Positions 60,508 through 64,000 of a stretch of DNA of 64,000 bases are shown here, in pieces. This DNA comes from Antedon mediterranea (lineage: Eukaryota; Animalia; Echinodermata). The stretch's first letter is position 1; the number at the start of each line of letters is the position of its first letter. The stretch is taken from assembly GCF_964355755.1 (NCBI RefSeq), contig NC_092673.1, positions 8,308,001-8,372,000 of the forward strand, written 5' to 3'. The notes below the pieces were generated by a model that saw only the letters and a program-made list of their open reading frames with translations, did not search any database and was not told the origin of the DNA. The position numbers and the translations under genes were made by a program.

Positions 60508-62412
60508 GTAAGTTTTAATTTTCATTCAGGCCTATATTTTATACCTGTTAGGAGGATTAACATAGCCTATTCGTTGGTGATATATTTTGTAAAATTTTAC
60601 ACAATTTAGCTTTTGGCTACAATGTAAATATTCGTTTTATTGAATAAAGCCTTGAATTGAATTGAAATTGATATGCTCCTCGCTATGTCATATCGATGTA
60701 GTTTAGTCTACTACGCTCATTTGATTCCTTGTCTATACATGTTTCCCTCATGGGAAAAACATATTCCATTTTCTACCGTCTGGTTCGAGCGTACGTCAAC
60801 ATCCTACAATTCTTTTAAAAAAACATAGATTTATTTTATTTATTTTTTATTTATTTATTCAAGATCCAACAGTGTAAAGTAAAACACCAAAACAGGATTG
60901 CCATAAAATATATATTTTATTTACATAAACAAAGAACAAGAAACAAACAGATTTATATATTATTTAAAATGACATTAAAAGCAGAAGTATTCCAACTAAA
61001 AATATCGATGTAAGGAAACATTTGAACTAAACTATTATATGTATAAGCAACCCGACAAAAAATACCGTTTTTACATACGTTAACACGAGAAAACTGCACT
61101 TTTAAAAGATTATAAATACGAAGTTTACGCACAGGAATACGAAAATGAAATTGATAGACAAATTTACAATCAAACTTTTTACAAAAAAACACGAATACAG
61201 GTTAATAAAAACCTGAGTTTATTGACGATTACATAACAATATTCATTTAGATACTTAGTGGACCTTATTTTAATTTTTTATTTCATAGTTTAGGCCTACA
61301 ATATATTATACTCTGTTCACGTGTGCATTTAAATGAGTGGGAAATAAACGAAACGAATAATTGTATTTAAAGTACGGTTGAACAAATCAATGATATCTAC
61401 CTTTTAGATTGCCTTGGGCAAATGCATCTATCATTCCATCTTCAAATTAAATTTAATTACTCTTTATCAACAATAAATCTGCAAAATTTGGTAAATCGCG
61501 CGATACTAGAATTTTTACTCGATGGTGGTATATAAAGTTGGTTCATATTTTGGTACTGATTTTAACCACCTAATGTAACCCTGTTTGAGTTATATAACTA
61601 GTTATTCACAATATACAACGAATTTAGCTTCAACGATTTGCTACAAATAAGGCTGGTGTTTTCCGATCGTGGTATACACTGTCTAATGGATGTCCATGCA
61701 GAAAAATACCCTCACACAATAATACGAGGATGCTTTGCATTTACCTATATATTTCTACGATAATTATTGTTTTTAATAGCTGAAAACCGGTCAAATAGCT
61801 CGTCAAGCTGTTCGAATACAGCATCAAAATGTTGAAGACAAACCAAATAAAAAAATACTAATTTAATAGATTTAATATATACGTTTATACAAACGTATTG
61901 ACTGACGATGAATGGAACACTCGCTGTCTGAGTTGATAAGATGATGATATGCATGGACGTAGCCAGCATGAGGCAGACGACGTGCTCGCCTCGTTTGAAA
62001 TTTTCAATTTTCACAACCCATCCAAGTTCCCCAGCACAGATTGTAAACATTTATATAAATAACTATATTTACTATTAGGAGCTATCTGCGTTCTGAAATT
62101 GCAAAGCCTTGTACCTTTTTAAAAATTGGAACAGGTTATATTAAAGATCTTTTCAGTATCGGAGTAATTTAATTTAGCTTTGTTTTGCGGATGGAATCTA
62201 GTATCTCAGTCGGATCAGAGTTTCATCGGTGTTAACGACACGGAGGTAGGCCTACCAAACTAAGACTTCACAGCGAATGTAGCTCGGAAAGGTGTTTTCA
62301 TAATCAATATTGTTGCAATAGTGTATATCTTTATAATAAACAATAGAAATTTGAAACACGTGATACCATATAATTCGATTTTTAAAATAAATAATTTATT
62401 TTGTTTGTCCAG

Positions 62413-62500
62413 TTCTTCCAACTTTTGGAATCAGGTTTACAGGAAAACCTGAATACATCTTGCCATCCTCGCTTGACTTTGTTGTCAGTTTCAAAGCTGA
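62413..62500 (+). CDS. C3: Complement C3-like exon 7
   Basis: VLPTFGIRFTGKPEYIL...FKAE; completes FEVKEYVLPTF. Confidence 0.9.
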
Positions 62501-62844
62501 GTAAGTTGCTTAACATTACATGTTTCCGAATTATGACCGACCAAACAAGATTTTTATTTATAGTAATAGAGGAATTGATAAACAACACATTCACAATTAA
62601 TTTCCTTTCTTTAGGTTTATTGTATGCTATTTTGTTATTTCTTTTCAAGTGCAACTTTAGAAAAAAAATTCGGACCGAAAACCATGTATTATGGGCAATA
62701 TGACCATTGTTAAAGACATATCATCCGAATCATATAAATTACGTTACTCTTTATGTATAATCACTAACTAACTATGTTACTGATTACATTGAATCCCATT
62801 AATGACTCACTCAAATCATAATGATTTACATATATTTTTAACAG

Positions 62845-62944
62845 ATACATATACGGTAAACCTGTAGAGGGTGTCTACAATTTTCATGTTGGATATGTAG
62901 GTTCTAATGACGATCCAGTAATAATTAAAAAATTCAGGGGCGAG
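62845..62944 (+). CDS. C3: Complement C3-like exon 8
   Basis: YIYGKPVEG. Confidence 0.92.
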
Positions 62945-63214
62945 GTAAGATAAAGACAAAATAAAATTGAAACATTACCATGTAATGTTTAAGTCTTCTT
63001 AAATTTACTATAAAATGTAAAACCAGGGAAGAGTGATCTGGTCAGTCAGATCGTTAACTTTCGCGGTGATTATAATTGCTTTATTAACTATCAACAAACA
63101 ATAATTATTAAGTGCATAATATGAGTAGATAACAGAAATGAAATCATGGGCATGATACTACATAGTAAACATAATTATAAAATGTAACAAATAAAAAAAT
63201 TATACTTTTTGTAG

Positions 63215-63442
63215 CTTCAATCCAATGGAGAAATATTAATACCAGTCATGTTACAATCAACTGTTGATGATTTCGACTTTCTAGTTGGAAAGAAACTTCA
63301 CTTGGAAGCAGTTGTGAGGTCAAGTGACAGTAAAACCGAAAAGATAATTGACAATAGCATACCGTTTGCAAACAGCGCGTACATACTGGAGACCACAGAC
63401 ACAGTGCAATATTTTAAGCCAGGGCTGCCTTATGAAATAAAG
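63215..63442 (+). CDS. C3: Complement C3-like exon 9 (gene continues beyond window)
   Basis: VGKKLHLEAVV...SAY...TVQYFKPGLPYEIK then GT. The thioester region is outside the window, so C3 versus another TEP rests on N-terminal motifs. Confidence 0.9.
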
Positions 63443-64000
63443 GTAAACATTTATTTCTGTTTCTCTGTTTCTTCAGCGTTGACTCAGATAGCACTAAATT
63501 AATTGAAATGTTGAAATAGCGTAAGCCGTGCCTGCCTTAGGAGGTGGTGCAGGAGGAAGAGTAGGGAGGAGGAAGAAGAGGAAGGGAGAAAGAGGAGGAG
63601 GAATGGGGTTTCTTTTTATATTTATTTAATAATCGTGGTTTCTGCCTTGATTCGGTTACTTTCGAAGAGGCTTTTAACCAAATCCAATCCACTTGTTATG
63701 ATATGATGATGTCAAGCATTGGTTGATTGTATAGTTGTCCTCCGTCTGGTCTACTTTCACCGGAAGCCACTAACAATGTTTTTATAGCATGTAAGGTAAA
63801 ACAAAATAGTTACAGTTTATAACAGTATGAGTTTATTTGATAATTACGTAAATATAGTCACTTTGAATTATTCGTCGGCCTGGTTTTCCTATTTTACAGT
63901 TAGAAAGTTATTACTATAATTTAAATATACAGTTGAAAATTTATAGATATTTCTGCAATGTGTGTACTACAAAAGGTATTTATTTTGTTGTATTATTTTT

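Overview
AT-rich animal genomic DNA; gene content and intron structure suggest an invertebrate deuterostome, possibly an echinoderm (inference). Four spliced host genes were reconstructed by hand from GT-AG exons: the 5' end of SCAI (minus strand, 3 coding exons, continues past the left edge), a complete ASMT-family O-methyltransferase (plus, 6 exons, 358 aa), SNAPIN (plus, 3 shared exons and two paralogous terminal exons) and the first 9 exons of a complement C3-like thioester protein (plus, runs off the right edge). The rest is mostly transposon debris: DIRS, L2/CR1, Tx1/L1, two Penelope-like lineages (one with a minimal hammerhead ribozyme), 5S- and tRNA-derived SINEs, a solo LTR, a P-element/THAP transposon with an adjacent footprint, and pogo, hAT, Kolobok-like and Helentron-like non-autonomous elements. 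The most unusual object is a 10.3-kb Polinton/Maverick-type element in ASMT intron 3 (AGTAGT terminus, ~320-bp TIRs, TATCA target duplication). It carries a decayed protein-primed PolB with an embedded endonuclease VII domain, small Cys/Zn-finger ORFs, a shared start motif and a 1.15-kb central palindromic repeat array, but no recognisable integrase, capsid, ATPase or protease gene. All family assignments are from motif recognition by eye; no database search was run.
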